Shown: positions 1 to 11,726 of the stretch, one piece after another
Layout of the letters: the number at the start of each line of letters is the position of its first letter
How positions within the stretch are numbered: the first letter of the stretch is position 1
Assembly: GCA_951406725.2 (NCBI GenBank)
Contig: OX597840.1
Location: 30,256,001 to 30,320,000, forward strand
Origin: Octopus vulgaris
Lineage: Eukaryota
Length of the DNA: 64,000 bases
Direction of reading: 5' to 3'
Position numbers and translations under genes: made by a program
Notes under the pieces: model-generated
What the model was told of the DNA's origin: nothing
Seen by the model: the letters and a program-made list of their open reading frames with translations, nothing else
Database searches by the model: none

Positions 1-194
1 GAAAGAATGAAAAGCAAATTTGACCTTGATGTAATTTGAACTCAGAACATAGAGACGGACATAAAGTCTAAGTATTTTGTCTGGTGTGCTAATGATTCTG
101 CCAGCTCAACATCTTGTAATTATTGATAATTACAAATTGTAATTATCAATAATTATTGTGGGAAGAAAATTGAAAGTAAAAATGTAATTTAACT

Positions 195-597
195 GGTGCA
201 GGAGTGGCTGTGTGGTAAATAACTTGCTTACCAACCACATGGTTCCAGGTTCAGTCCCACTGCATGGCACCTTGGGCAAGTGGCTTCTACTATAGCCTCA
301 GGCTAACCAAAGCCTTGTGAGTGGATTTGGTAGACGGAAACTGAAAGAAACCCGTCGTATATGTGTATATGTATATATATGTGTGTATGTTTGTGTGTCT
401 CTGTTTGTTCCCCCCCCAACATCACTTGACAATCAATGCTGGTGTGTTTATGTCCCCGTAACTTAGTGGTTCGGCAAAAGAGACCGATAGAATAAGTACT
501 AGGCTTACAAAGAATAAGCCCTGGGGTTAATTTGATTCGACTAAAGGCGGTGCTCCAGCATGGCCGCAGTCAAATGTCTGAAACAAGTAAAAGAGTA
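195..597 (+). mobile_element. tRNA-derived SINE family A, full length (~400 bp)
   Basis: A-box-like TGGCTGTGTGG and B-box-like GGTTCAGTCCC head, CCTTGGGCAAG core-like motif, internal TA/TG tract, 3' end GACTGAAACAAGTAAAAGAG; about 20 copies in the window. Confidence 0.9.
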
Positions 598-699
598 TTC
601 TAAATGAAGCAATTTTAATGTTTTTGTTGTCATTTATTGTCCCAGGAAATTTAGCAAAGTGCATGTCTGTGAGGTTAGGAATTTTGCTGTCCAACCACC

Positions 700-1605
700 T
701 AAGGCTATAGTAGAAATACTTGCCCAAGGTACGGAAATGACAAGCCATGTAGTTGGAAAGTGTAGAAGATACTTGCCCAAGATACTGTGCAATAAGAGTG
801 AACCCTCAAATTATATGGTTGGGAAGTGAGGAGCTATAGTAGAAGAACTTGCTCAAGGTGGTGAACAATGGGTCTAAAGCACCAAGCCATTTGGCTGTAA
901 CATGTGGAGCTATAACAGGACACAGTTGTGATGATGAAGTAACTGCAAAAAAAATTAAAAAATAAAGGCGGCGAGCTGGCAGAAATGTTAGCACGCCGGC
1001 CAAAATGTGTAGCCGTATTTCATCTGTCGTTACGTTCTGAGTTCAAATTCCGCCGAGGTCAACTTTGCCTTTCATCCTTTCGGGGTCGATAAATAAAGTA
1101 CCAGTTTCCAACAGGGGTCGATGTAATCGACTTAATCCGTTTGTCTGTCCTTGTTTGTCCCCTCTTTGTTTAGCCCCTTGTGGGCAGTAAAGAAATATAT
1201 AACAGGACACAGTTTCCCATTGTGCCATGTAGTGGGATGAACCCTTGGACCATATGGTTAGTAAGTGTAAGGGCTACAGTAGAAGACAATTGCCTATGGT
1301 GCCATGCTATGAGACTGAACCATAAAGCATACGGGTAGCAAGTATGGTGGATAGAGTAGAAGATACTTGTCTCTGGTACTGTGCAGTGAGACTGAACTCA
1401 AAGCTACATTGTTGGGAAGCTTGAGGCTATAGCAGATGATACTTGGCCAAAGATGCCTTGAAGTAGGACAGAACTGGAAACCATATGGTTTTGGAAAGTG
1501 TGGCGGCTACAGTAGAAGATATTTGTCTATAGAGCTGTGTAGTGGGACAGAACGCAAAAGCACTCAGTTAGGGAATGGACTTCCAAACCACACAGCCGTA
1601 CCTAC
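700..1605 (-). repeat. Degenerate minisatellite of ~75-bp units derived from the SINE-A head
   Basis: About 9 diverged repeats of GGCTATAGTAGAAGAYACTTGCCCAAGG...GGGACTGAAC...CCATATGGTT. Confidence 0.7.
966..1197 (+). mobile_element. SINE family B
   Basis: GGCGGCGAGCTGGCAGAA head, GAGTTCAAATTC B-box-like motif, central GCCTTTCATCCTTTCGGGGTCGATAAA; flanked by 17-bp direct repeat TATAACAGGACACAGTT (911-927, 1198-1214). Confidence 0.85.
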
Positions 1606-2226
1606 ATTTCTTACTTGCTATTAAATTCTTCAAAAACAAAAGATTTTTTTTCTTCCATATTCTTCATAAGCATTTTCAGAATTATATTATAACCCGAAGG
1701 TCAAGAACAGACAGTCTAGAAAAATATTTCATGTATACCTTCTTGTGAAAGTCATGCAGAAGATTCCAAGATTTATAGAGAAGGAGAAGCGGTTAACTGT
1801 AGAGCTTGGAAAATTTCCCCTCAAATGACTTTAGCTTCATAGATACAAGACCATGGTTCAGGCCTTCTCTGCCCTTGTGTTACTAATGTCTTTAAGAATA
1901 AGTCACGAATACCATTCAGTTTCGCTTTTGTTACTCTATAAATCTAAGACCTTCGGACCTCTGTTCTCAGAAATCAATACTCTTTATATATTGATGAGCG
2001 AACATGACTATGCGGATGTCTTCTAGACCAACAGTAACTTTCTACTAGGTTTGATGAAGTTTTTACAAACTGTTATTTTTATCGTCTACTATCAGACATG
2101 AAAGCTGTGTGCTCCAGCATGGCCTTGGATATAATGTCTGAAATACACCAAACAACAGAATAATAACCATTTATTTCAAGTTAGTTCTTTTTCCTATTTC
2201 ATCACTATCATTCTTCATATGTGTGA

Positions 2227-2303
<77 letters not shown>

Positions 2304-2342
2304 CACACATACATACACACACATACATATATATGTATGTAT

Positions 2343-2748
2343 TCTTTTATTTTTACACTTTTACTTGTTTCAGTCATTTGACTGCGGCCATGCTGGAGTA
2401 CCACCTTTAGTCGAGCAAATCGACCCTAGGACTTATTCTTTGTAAGCCTAGTACTTATTCTATCGGTCTCTTTTGCCGAACCGCTAGGTTACGGGGATGT
2501 AAACACAGCAGCTTCGGTTGTCAAGCGATGTTGGGAAGACAAACACAGACACACAAACACATACATATACACATATACATATATACGACGGGTTTCTTTC
2601 AGTTTCTATCTACCAAATCCACTCACAAGGCTTTGGTCAGCCCGAGGCTATAGTAGAAGACACTTGCCCAAGGTGCCACGCAGTGGGACTGAACTGGGAA
2701 CCATGTGGTTCGTAAGCAAGCTACTTACCACACAACCACTTCTACGCC
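2343..2748 (-). mobile_element. SINE family A
   Basis: Reverse complement of the 195-597 family. Confidence 0.9.
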
Positions 2749-2794
2749 TTTATATATATATACATACATACACACATACATATGTATGTATATA

Positions 2795-2867
<73 letters not shown>

Positions 2868-3078
2868 ATACACAAGCTGGCAGAATCGTTTGCGCTTCAG
2901 GGAAGAATGTTTTGCAGCATTTCTTCTAGCTTGATGTTCTGAGTTCAGATTCCACCAAGGTCAGCTTTGCTTTTCCTCCTTTAGGTGTTGATAACATAAG
3001 TACCAGTTGAGCACTGACATCAATGTAACCAACTTGCCCCCTCCTCCAAAACTGCTGGCTGTGTGCCAAAATTTGACA

Positions 3079-3134
<56 letters not shown>

Positions 3135-3403
3135 TTATAAGGGTGAGAGAATTAGATACTAATTTAATAGTATATCTATTCAACACCAAGTGGCCCAGTG
3201 CCTCGAGAAACCTGGATTATTATAATATTTTATAATATATTATAATATTTATACAAAAATAAATATAAGAGAATAGTCACTATGTGGCTCATTCTAGCAC
3301 TAGCAAATCCAAAAGGTTTCAACCACAAAAATACATGTTTCCCATGAAAGTCAGTACGATTGTTAGCTCACACGAACAGGGCAAATAAAAGTAACAAAAA
3401 TAC

Positions 3404-3496
3404 AGATTATTTTGGGACAATTGTTTCGCTATTAATGAATTAAATGTAATTTTACTTACAAAAAACCCACTTGTAGCTCCGCAGCCAAAACTATCT
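3404..3496 (-). ncRNA. Hammerhead ribozyme motif, inactivated copy (CUGCGGA, A6>C)
   Basis: Inverted copy of 3736-3828 with a core substitution at 3481. Confidence 0.65.
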
Positions 3497-3735
3497 GGAT
3501 GAAATCCACTCAATCACATGCCAGATTTCTATTAAATTAGTATCTAATTCTCTCACCCTTATTAATTAATTATAATTATGCTACATTTATTTCTAAATGT
3601 AGTATTTGTTTCCGTGAAAGTTTGGCGCGCTGTTGGTAGGGGCATTTGAATTATAACGTCGGATGTAATCAATTGAACCACACGTGTATTTATCGTTATG
3701 GTAAAATCTGGCGTGTGATTGAGTGGATTTCATCC

Positions 3736-3828
3736 AGATAGTTTTGGCTGAGGAGCTACAAGTGGGTTTTTTGTAAGTAAAATTACATTTAATTCATTAA
3801 TAGCGAAACAATTGTCCCAAAATAATCT
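3736..3828 (+). ncRNA. Minimal type-I hammerhead ribozyme, canonical core
   Basis: ttttgg-CTGAGGA-gcta(42-nt loop)tagc-GAAAC-aatt-GTC-ccaaaa; stems I and II pair; palindromic stem III ACAATTGT; GUC site. Confidence 0.85.
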
Positions 3829-3967
3829 GTATTTTTGTTATTTTTTATTTGCCCTGTTCGTGTGAGCTAACAATCGTACTGACTTTCATGGGAAACATGT
3901 ATTTTTGTGGTTGAAACCTTTTGGATTTGCTAGTGCTAAAATGAGCCACATAGTGACCATTCTCTTA

Positions 3968-4023
<56 letters not shown>

Positions 4024-4473
4024 CGTTTAACTGTGGCCATGCTGTTGCACCACCTTGAAGGGTTTTAGTCAAACACATCAATCCCAGGACTAATTTTCTT
4101 TTAAAGCCTAGTTGCAGGGATGTACTACACACACCAAAACCAGCTTTCAACTGATGATGGGTGAACAAATGCAAAGAGACACATACATACATATATGTGT
4201 GTGTGTGTGTATGATGGGCTTCTTTCAGTTTCTGTCTACCTAATCCACTCACAAGGCTTTGGTAGGTCCGAGGCTATAGTAGAAGACACTTGCCCAAGGT
4301 GCCACGCAGTGGGACTGAACCCGGAACCATGAGGTTTGTAAGCAAGCTACTTACCACACAGCCATGCCTGCACTGTATATATATATAAAATGCAAAATAG
4401 GACAAGAATGCAAAACATCCAGATAGACGATAAAAAAAAAAAACAAGGACAGGTCATTCAGAGTTTTCTTACC

Positions 4474-4505
<32 letters not shown>

Positions 4506-4529
4506 ATGTATGTATGTACGTATGTATGC

Positions 4530-5075
4530 TTGCATCTCTCCTGACACATGGAAAGGCATAGCTATTGATCGTAGCAGGTGGATAAGGATTGTGTACGAGA
4601 GGACAGCCACTTTTGAGGAAATCTCAAGTTGCACATGAGAAAGTAAGGAGGGATGTCAGGAAGGGCATCGCTGTTACACTTCCAAATGAGAAGGGTCTTC
4701 CTTTGATTCTGACATGCAGTGTCTGTGCAGACCCTGCCTCAGTAAAGCTGGACTCAAGAGTCATCTTCGTAGTCATAAACCAAGACAGATGAGTGACAAC
4801 CTGGCCACTGGTGGTGGTGTAACACACCATACTAATCATATCTGTCGGGCATGTGGAAGAGAGTGTAATTCGGCAGGAGGACCTAAACGACATGCAAAGG
4901 TACATGAAGCCCAGTTACAACTACAGCTGGCTATTACCAGTAAAGGTTTTAGTTGCCAATTTTGTACAAGACATTGTAGATCTTTAGCTGGGCTAAAAAG
5001 TCACATTCGATCACAGCACCAGTAACAGTTAAGCTTCGTGCAATGGCCATACTCGATTGCGAGGGGCAGCCATAA
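4530..5075 (+). mobile_element. RTE-clade LINE 3' fragment with three C2H2 zinc fingers (frameshifted)
   Basis: Translates to PDTWKGIAIDRSRW... followed by CSVC..KSHLRSH, CRAC..KRHAKVH and CQFC..KSHIRSQH, typical of the RTE ORF C-terminus. Confidence 0.75.
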
Positions 5076-5602
5076 TATATATATATATGTATGTATGTAT
5101 GTACATATGTATGTAATGAGCAAATCATTCAAACACTAAGATTTGAATTGTCACTACTCTTAATATTATCTGTGGATAAAGTTTAAAATTGATGATATCA
5201 GCAGCTGTAACATTGACCGTCCACAGGCAAATAGCATTATTTAGCCATGAATTAATTTGCACGAAATGTAAAGATGCTTAAAAACCTACACCTGCAAGAA
5301 ATAAGAGCTAAAGTCTTAAATTAATCCGCCATACAGCACCAAGATAACAGAGAAAAACAGTAGGCAAGGAAACGGAAAGAATTAATACATTCAACAGCAT
5401 AAAATAAAATATGCAGTTTAGGACATCCACATACCTGGGTTTCAGTTTTTGGAAATTTAATCCTTGAGCCTCTTCAGTGTGAACCACCTGGTAAGAATTC
5501 ACGACCATCACATTAAGCTCTGCCAGTGGAACTGGTTTTGCTTTGTGCCAAAAACAGAGCACATGGGGCAGAAAAATTATAAGTTATAATTATAAAAATT
5601 AT

Positions 5603-6031
5603 AGGCATAGGAGTGGCTGTGTGGTAAGTAGCTTGCTTACGAACCACATGGTTTCTGGTTCAGCCCCACTATGTGGAACCTTGAGCAAGTGTCTTCTACT
5701 ATAGCATCGGGCCGACAAAAGCCTTGTGAGCGGATTTGGCAGATGGAAACTTAAAGAAGCCTGTCGTATATATGTACATATATATATATATATATATAGG
5801 TATGTGTGTGTGTATATGTTTGTGTGTCTGTGTTTGTCCCCCCAACATCGCTTGACAACCGATGCTGGTGTGATTACGTCCCCATAACTTAGTGGTTCGG
5901 CAAAAGAGACCGATAAAATAAGTACTAGGCTTATAAAGAATAAGACCTGGGTTCGATTTGATTCGACTAAAGGCCGTGCTCCAGCACGGACACAGTCAAA
6001 TGACTGAAACAAGTAAAAGAGTAAAAGAGTA
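5603..6031 (+). mobile_element. SINE family A
   Basis: Full-length family match. Confidence 0.9.
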
Positions 6032-6300
6032 GGCAAAACATTGAAACAGAAAGATTTGAAAAAGGATGTCACTACTGTTAATATCATTTGTGGATAAAGT
6101 TTAAAATTGATGGAATCAACAGCAGGAACATCGATGCTCTGCAAGCAAATAGCATTATTTAGCTATGAATTACAAATTAAGCACATGTCCTTCACTTGTT
6201 TTATTTATTAGACTGTGGCCATGCTGGAGCACTGCCTTGGAGAACTTTTAGTTAAATGAATTGACCCCTGTAATTTTTTTGATCTACATCAGTATCCCTG

Positions 6301-6592
6301 AAGGTGCATGGCTTAGTGGTTAAGGCATTTGGCTCATTATCGTAAGGTCGTGAGTTCGATTCCCAGTGACGCGTTGTGTCCTTGAGCAAGACACTTTATT
6401 TCATGTTGCTCCAGTCCACTCAGCTGGCAAAAAATGAGTTGTACCTGTATTTCAAAGGGCCAGCCTTGTCACACTCTGTGTCACGCTGATTATCCCCGAG
6501 AACTACGTTAAGGGTACACGTGTCTGTGGAGTGCTCAGCCACTTACACGTTAATTTCATGAGCAGGCTGTTCCATTGATTGTATCAGCTGGG
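6301..6592 (+). mobile_element. tRNA-derived SINE family C1
   Basis: TGGCTTAGTGG / GAGTTCGATTCCC boxes, GTGTCCTTGAGCAAGACAC core; 3' part shared with 21544-21936. Confidence 0.8.
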
Positions 6593-6950
6593 AAATTCAC
6601 CACACCTTTCTATCGTCTTCCAGGGTTTCCAGCATCAAAAGTGAAAAGATTTAAAGGAAAAAAAACAGGAAAAAGGAAAAAGATAGAAAATGTCCTTTAA
6701 AAATCTCTTTCCGAAAAATAAAAATTCTGGGCTGTTTGTAATTGATTTCTTTTTTAAGAGCTGGCTATGGAGCAAGAAGCTTGCTTCCCAACCACAGGGT
6801 TCTGGGTTCAGTCCCACTACATGACACCTTAAGCAAGTGTCTTCTACTATAGGCCCAGGCCGACCAAAATCTTGCAATTGGTAGATGGAAACTGAAAGAA
6901 GCCTGCCGTATATACATTCATACATGCATCCATACATATGTATATACATC
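6593..6950. repeat. Local inverted duplication, copy 1 (partner 10990-11336)
   Basis: Unique flank plus partial SINE-A carrying the same diagnostic deletion (CTTGCAATTGGTA), reverse-complemented at ~11 kb. Confidence 0.85.
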
Positions 6951-7149
6951 CATACATATGTATGTGCATCGTTGTAACTGACAGAGTGCTCCTATACATT
7001 AGTAGGCCATTAAAATAAATACACCAGATTGTTTATTTACAAAGTCATGTGACAGAAAAAAGGGGAAAGCAAAAAGAAAGAAGAGGGAAAGAAGAAAAAA
7101 TTAGGAAAACAAATGAAAAAAGATAAGAAAATAAAATGACAAAAGAAGA

Positions 7150-7330
7150 GGAAATTCAGAGCAACAGTTCTCTCCTCAGTGTGGATGACTTATTGGTTCA
7201 AACAATCTTTTGCACTTCTTGCATGGATGGTAAGCCAGAGATCATTCTCAAATAATATCCAGTTCTGTTTTTGATCATCCCAAATGCTCCTGCAATCACT
7301 GGTATTGTAACCGTCTTGAGATGCTGCATT
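7150..7330 (-). mobile_element. R4/NeSL-type (restriction-like endonuclease) LINE C-terminal remnant
   Basis: Minus-strand translation HLKTVTIPVIAGAFGMIKNRTGYYLRMISGLPSMQEVQKIV*...LRREL. Confidence 0.65.
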
Positions 7331-7370
7331 ATTTTCGATTTTAATCAAGAAAATTTTATATTTTCAGCAA

Positions 7371-7830
7371 AAGGCGATGAGTTGGCAGAACCATTGGTTC
7401 ACTGGGGAAAATGCTTAGCAGCATTTCATCCATATTACATTCTAAGTTTAAGTTCCGCCAAGGTCAACTTTGCCCTTCATCCTTTCAAGGTTGATAAAGT
7501 AAGTACCAGTGAAACACTGTGGGGGGTCGATGTAAATGACCAGTCACCTCCCCTCAAATTTCAGGACTTGTGCCTATAGTAGAAACGATTGCTATGATTA
7601 CCGGCGAGCTGGCAGACACGTTAGCGTGCCGGGCAAAATGCTTAGCGGTATTTTGTCTGTCGTTACGTTCTGAGTTCAAATTCCACTGAGGTCAACTTTG
7701 CCTCTCATCCTTTCGGGGTCGATAAATAAAGTACCAGTTTCGCACTGGGGGGCGATATAATCGACTCAATCCCTTCGTCTGTCCTTGTTTGTCCCCTCTA
7801 TGTTTAGACCCTTGTGGGCAGTAAAGAAAT
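7371..7830 (+). mobile_element. Two adjacent SINE-B copies (older variant tail, then younger)
   Basis: Both carry the CTTTGCC.TTCATCCTTTC...GATAAA..AAGTACCAG domain but have different 3' tails. Confidence 0.8.
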
Positions 7831-7885
7831 ATATTACTAGTAGTAACACTCACTGTTGATCTAGTAATTACTTTTATTGTTTCTC

Positions 7886-9243
7886 AAGCTGAGAAACTAG
7901 AAAAATAGGTATATCATATAGGAGAATAGCTTTACAGAATCCAGTTGACTTTGATGGCACTGAAAAAGCTAAAGGTCAAATGGGACATCACTGGTCATAC
8001 AGGAAAAGCATTGCACGTCGTGCATTTGTTTGGCGTTCGTCTTTTGATGGGCTTTTTTTAGTAGACAGTTTTTTTGATAAGGAATGTCAGTAAGTAATAG
8101 TGAAATGAAATTACAAATGCTCGGTTGACTGTGATGGCATTGAAAAGGCTGTAGGTCAAATGGAACATCACTGTTCATACAGGAAAAAGCATTGCACAGC
8201 AGGCGTTTGCTTGGTGTTCGTTTTTTGACGGTCTCTCTTTAGTAGACAGTTTTTTGATTAGGAATGTCAATAAGTAATAGTGAAATGAAATTAGAAATGT
8301 TGTGTCCTGCCAGCATTAGTGCCGAAATTCTGATGATATAATACAGGAATGGAAGACAAGGCAACGGTAAGTAACAGTCCAATAAAATTACAAATGCTAT
8401 GACCTGTCATTCAGATTTAGGTCTACTTGTCCTGTATGTGTGTATAAGAGAAAAACGTAATAATTGAAGTAGGAAAAAGATTGATTCCATATATGAACCT
8501 CTGTTTGTCCTTCAAGTTGCAATCCAGCAACTTTTAGTGTTTGGCCCCGATCTTTTATTAATGCTCATATCAGAACTGAGAAGCTAGAAAAATGGGTATG
8601 TCATATAGGAGAATGGCTTTACAGAATCCAGTTGACTGCGATGGCACTGAAAAGGCTGCAGGTCAAGTGGAACATCCATTTGTCACTGTTCCTTTTGACA
8701 TTTGAATAGGTGGAATATCGTGAATGAAGCTAGAAGAATAGCTATATCATATAGAAGAATAGTTTTAGGGAATGCAGGTGACTGTGGGATGGCACTGAGA
8801 AGGCAACAGGTGAAGTAGAAGACCCAGTTCTCATGATTTCTTTTGACATTTGAATAGACTGGATGCTCAAGGAGAATTGAAAGATTCAGTTTCGAACCTG
8901 AACCAGGGTGAGACTACAGATTTAGGTTTGTGCTTGTCTCACCTTCGTTTTCTGCTGCATGTTGTGTATTTGTTTGGTGTTCAGTTTTTGATGGTCTTTA
9001 CTTTTGGAGATGTTTTTTTTATTAGGAATATCAGTAAGTAATAGTCAAGTGAAATTACAAATGCTGTATCCTGTCAGTCAGATTTAGGTATACTCGTCCT
9101 CTATGTGTGTATTATACAAGAGAAAAGCATTAAATAATTGAAGTAGAAACAAGATGGATTTCGTATACAAACTTCTGTTTGTCCTTCAAGTTGCGATCCG
9201 GCAGCTTTTAGTGTTTGGCCCTGACTTTTATTAATGCTCATAG
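7886..9243. repeat. Complex diverged local tandem duplication array
   Basis: GTTGACTG.GATGGCACTGAAAAGGC-like block occurs 4 times; 7944-8123 resembles 8124-8300; 8380-8570 resembles 9050-9243. Confidence 0.8.
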
Positions 9244-9469
9244 CAAAAGAAAGTGGGATAGGAAACTGTAAGGGCTTAAATTTGAATGGGGCATTTGATG
9301 GTAGTTTCAGCCCGCGTTTTTTCTAAACGACCGTCACCTGTCAGTCAGCGAAGCTGCTTCAGTCAGCTTGTGTTTATGATTTTCAAGCCATTTTCGGTCT
9401 TCCCGCTTCAGCCATATATAGAAGCTGGCTTTTTCGACTGCCTCCTGACCTGGCTTTTTCGACCACTTC

Positions 9470-9662
9470 CTATCATCTTGCACCATTTATTTATTCTGTC
9501 CTCCGCAATCATGTCTGGTTTTCTTGCATCAATACTGTGGTCAGTTTTTATGACCACACAAGATCTTCTATTTCTCATTTTCTATCGCAGACTTTTGGTT
9601 TGTGTTCCTACCACTTTCCTATTGTTTTGAGGTCACACACTTGGCTAATGTCCCAATGCACT
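9470..9662 (-). mobile_element. R4/NeSL-type LINE endonuclease remnant
   Basis: Minus strand HWDISQVCDLKTIGKW*EHKP ... IDARKPDMIAEDR (RxPD motif). Confidence 0.6.
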
Positions 9663-9674
9663 TTATTATTATTA

Positions 9675-9715
<41 letters not shown>

Positions 9716-10235
9716 GTTGTTGCATTCGAAGGTTCTACGTCTAAGCATAGCTTAACATCAATTTGTCAATGTATTTGCCATCAATTTGCGAAGTATACTC
9801 GACATGCACTTGTTGGCATGGAGCAAGAGATAGGGACAGATTAACTTTGACGTGCACGCCATCCGTATGTTAATTAGTCTGCAGCATAAATGAAAGCCTG
9901 CCTGCATGCGTGTGTGTGTGTGTGTGTGAGAGAGCATGTGTATGGCGTGATGAGAATGTTAAGTGGCTGAAGCTGAGTTAGATATGCCATAAAGGAAGGA
10001 AGGAAGGAAAGAAGGAAGGGATGGAGGGATGGAGGGATGGAGGGATGGAGGGAGGGATGGATGGAGGAGGAATAATGTTAGTTATTGATTATCTTTTTGT
10101 CATCAGTAAGTGCAAATGGCAATTCTAGAAGTCTTTCCTAATCGCTGTGAAAGATATATGTGTGTCTATATAGACGTGTGTGGGTGTGTGTGGGTGTGTG
10201 TGTGTGCATTCATCCACCTACAAACGCACACATAG

Positions 10236-10246
10236 ATCATCATCAC

Positions 10247-10278
<32 letters not shown>

Positions 10279-10347
10279 TCATCAAAATCATCACTATCAT
10301 CATAATCATCATCATCATCATCAACATCATCATGACCATCATCATGA

Positions 10348-10378
<31 letters not shown>

Positions 10379-10870
10379 CATCATCATCATCATCACCAAC
10401 ATCATTATCATCATCATCATCGCTTAACATCCGTTTTCCATGCTGGCATGGGTTGTATGGTTTGACTGAGGTCTGGAAAGCCAGTAGCTGCACTAGGCTC
10501 AAATCTTGATCTAGCAGAGTTTCTACAGCTGGATGCCCTTTCTGAAGCTAACTACTGCAAAAGTGTAGTGGGTGCTTTTTACGTGCCACTGGCACAGGAG
10601 CCCGTCAGGGGGCACTGGCATTGACCACACTCAAATGGTGCCTTTTACATGTCACCGGCACAGGTGCCAGTCAGGCGGCACTGACATCAGCCACACTTGA
10701 ATGGTACTTTTTAGATGCTACCGGCACAGGTGCCAATCAGGCGGCACTGGCATCAGCCACGGCTATGATTTTACTTGACTTAAGAGGTCTTCTCAATCCC
10801 AGCATATTGCCTGATGATTGAAGGGTTCTCTTAAATGGACTGGTTTTGTGACCCTGGCATCAGCTACAGC
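10236..10870 (-). mobile_element. RTE-type LINE family D 3' UTR with long (GAT)n tail
   Basis: (CAT)n followed by TTAACATCCGTTTTCCATGCTGGCATGGGTTG, matching the 3' end of the 15446-16365 element. Confidence 0.8.
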
Positions 10871-10989
10871 TACAATCTGAAGGATAATGGAAAAAGTGTT
10901 GTTGTTCAACCCCCACCCCAACTCCCATCCCAAAGACACACACGATGAGCTTCCTACAGTTTCCCTTTATCACATGTATATATGTGTGT

Positions 10990-11336
10990 GTATATACATA
11001 TGTATGGATGCATGTATGAATGTATATACGGCAGGCTTCTTTCAGTTTCCATTTACCAATTGCAAGATTTTGGCTGGCCTGGGCCTATAGTAGAAGACAC
11101 TTGCTCAAGGTGTCATGCAGTGGGACTGAACCCAGAATCCTGTGGTTGGAAAGCAAACTTCTTGCTCCATAGCCAGCTTTTAAAAAAGAAATCAATTACA
11201 AGGAGCTCAGAATCTTTATTTCTAGGAAAGAGATTTTTCTATCTTTTTCCTTTTTCCTGTTTATTTTCCCCTTTAAATCTTTTCACTTTTGATGCTGGAA
11301 ACCCTGAAAGATGATAGAAAGGTGTGGTGAATTTCA
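10990..11336. repeat. Local inverted duplication, copy 2
   Basis: Reverse complement of 6593-6950. Confidence 0.85.
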
Positions 11337-11726
11337 TATCTGAAAATAAATGTCTTGAGAATTGACAGGAAATCTCTTTGTTGACATTGCAAAAGTGAAT
11401 TACCAAAGAATGACCCTAGGAGCAATAATCAATCTGGCTTCTATTAACAGTTCAGAGATTGCTTCCTCTTCGATTACAGGATTGGTAAGTGTGGTAATTC
11501 TGTCTGCAGGAACTATGATGTTGAGTGATGTGAATTTAAAACAGATTACTTCGTCAGACATGGAATACCGATACCAAACACAAGTTTGGTATTAATTTAT
11601 CAGGAACAACTGAGATCTTTGACAGAGAACAAAACCGAATTTTTTTACTTGTTGATCTCAGCTAAAAGGACAGGAAGTATTGGACAAGAAGATCCATGAA
11701 TAGTCATTCAACTTGCTAGAAATAGT

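Larger units (their letters stand above)
3137..3976. mobile_element. PLE pseudo-LTR-type foldback cassette in (TA)n
   Basis: 272-bp inverted arms 3257-3528 / 3704-3976, plus 34-bp inverted repeat 3137-3170 / 3529-3562; hammerhead motif in each long arm; TA tracts on both sides. Confidence 0.75.

Noticed and set aside
4714-5025. Host C2H2 zinc-finger gene
   Set aside because: Contiguous with an RTE C-terminus, frameshifted, lacks TGEKP linkers
9385-9420. Hammerhead-like CTGAAGC-gg-gaaga-cc-GAAA on the minus strand
   Set aside because: No stem I pairing and only a 2-bp stem II
11362-11595. 77-aa ORF in non-repetitive sequence
   Set aside because: Non-ATG start, no recognisable domain, no supporting splice structure
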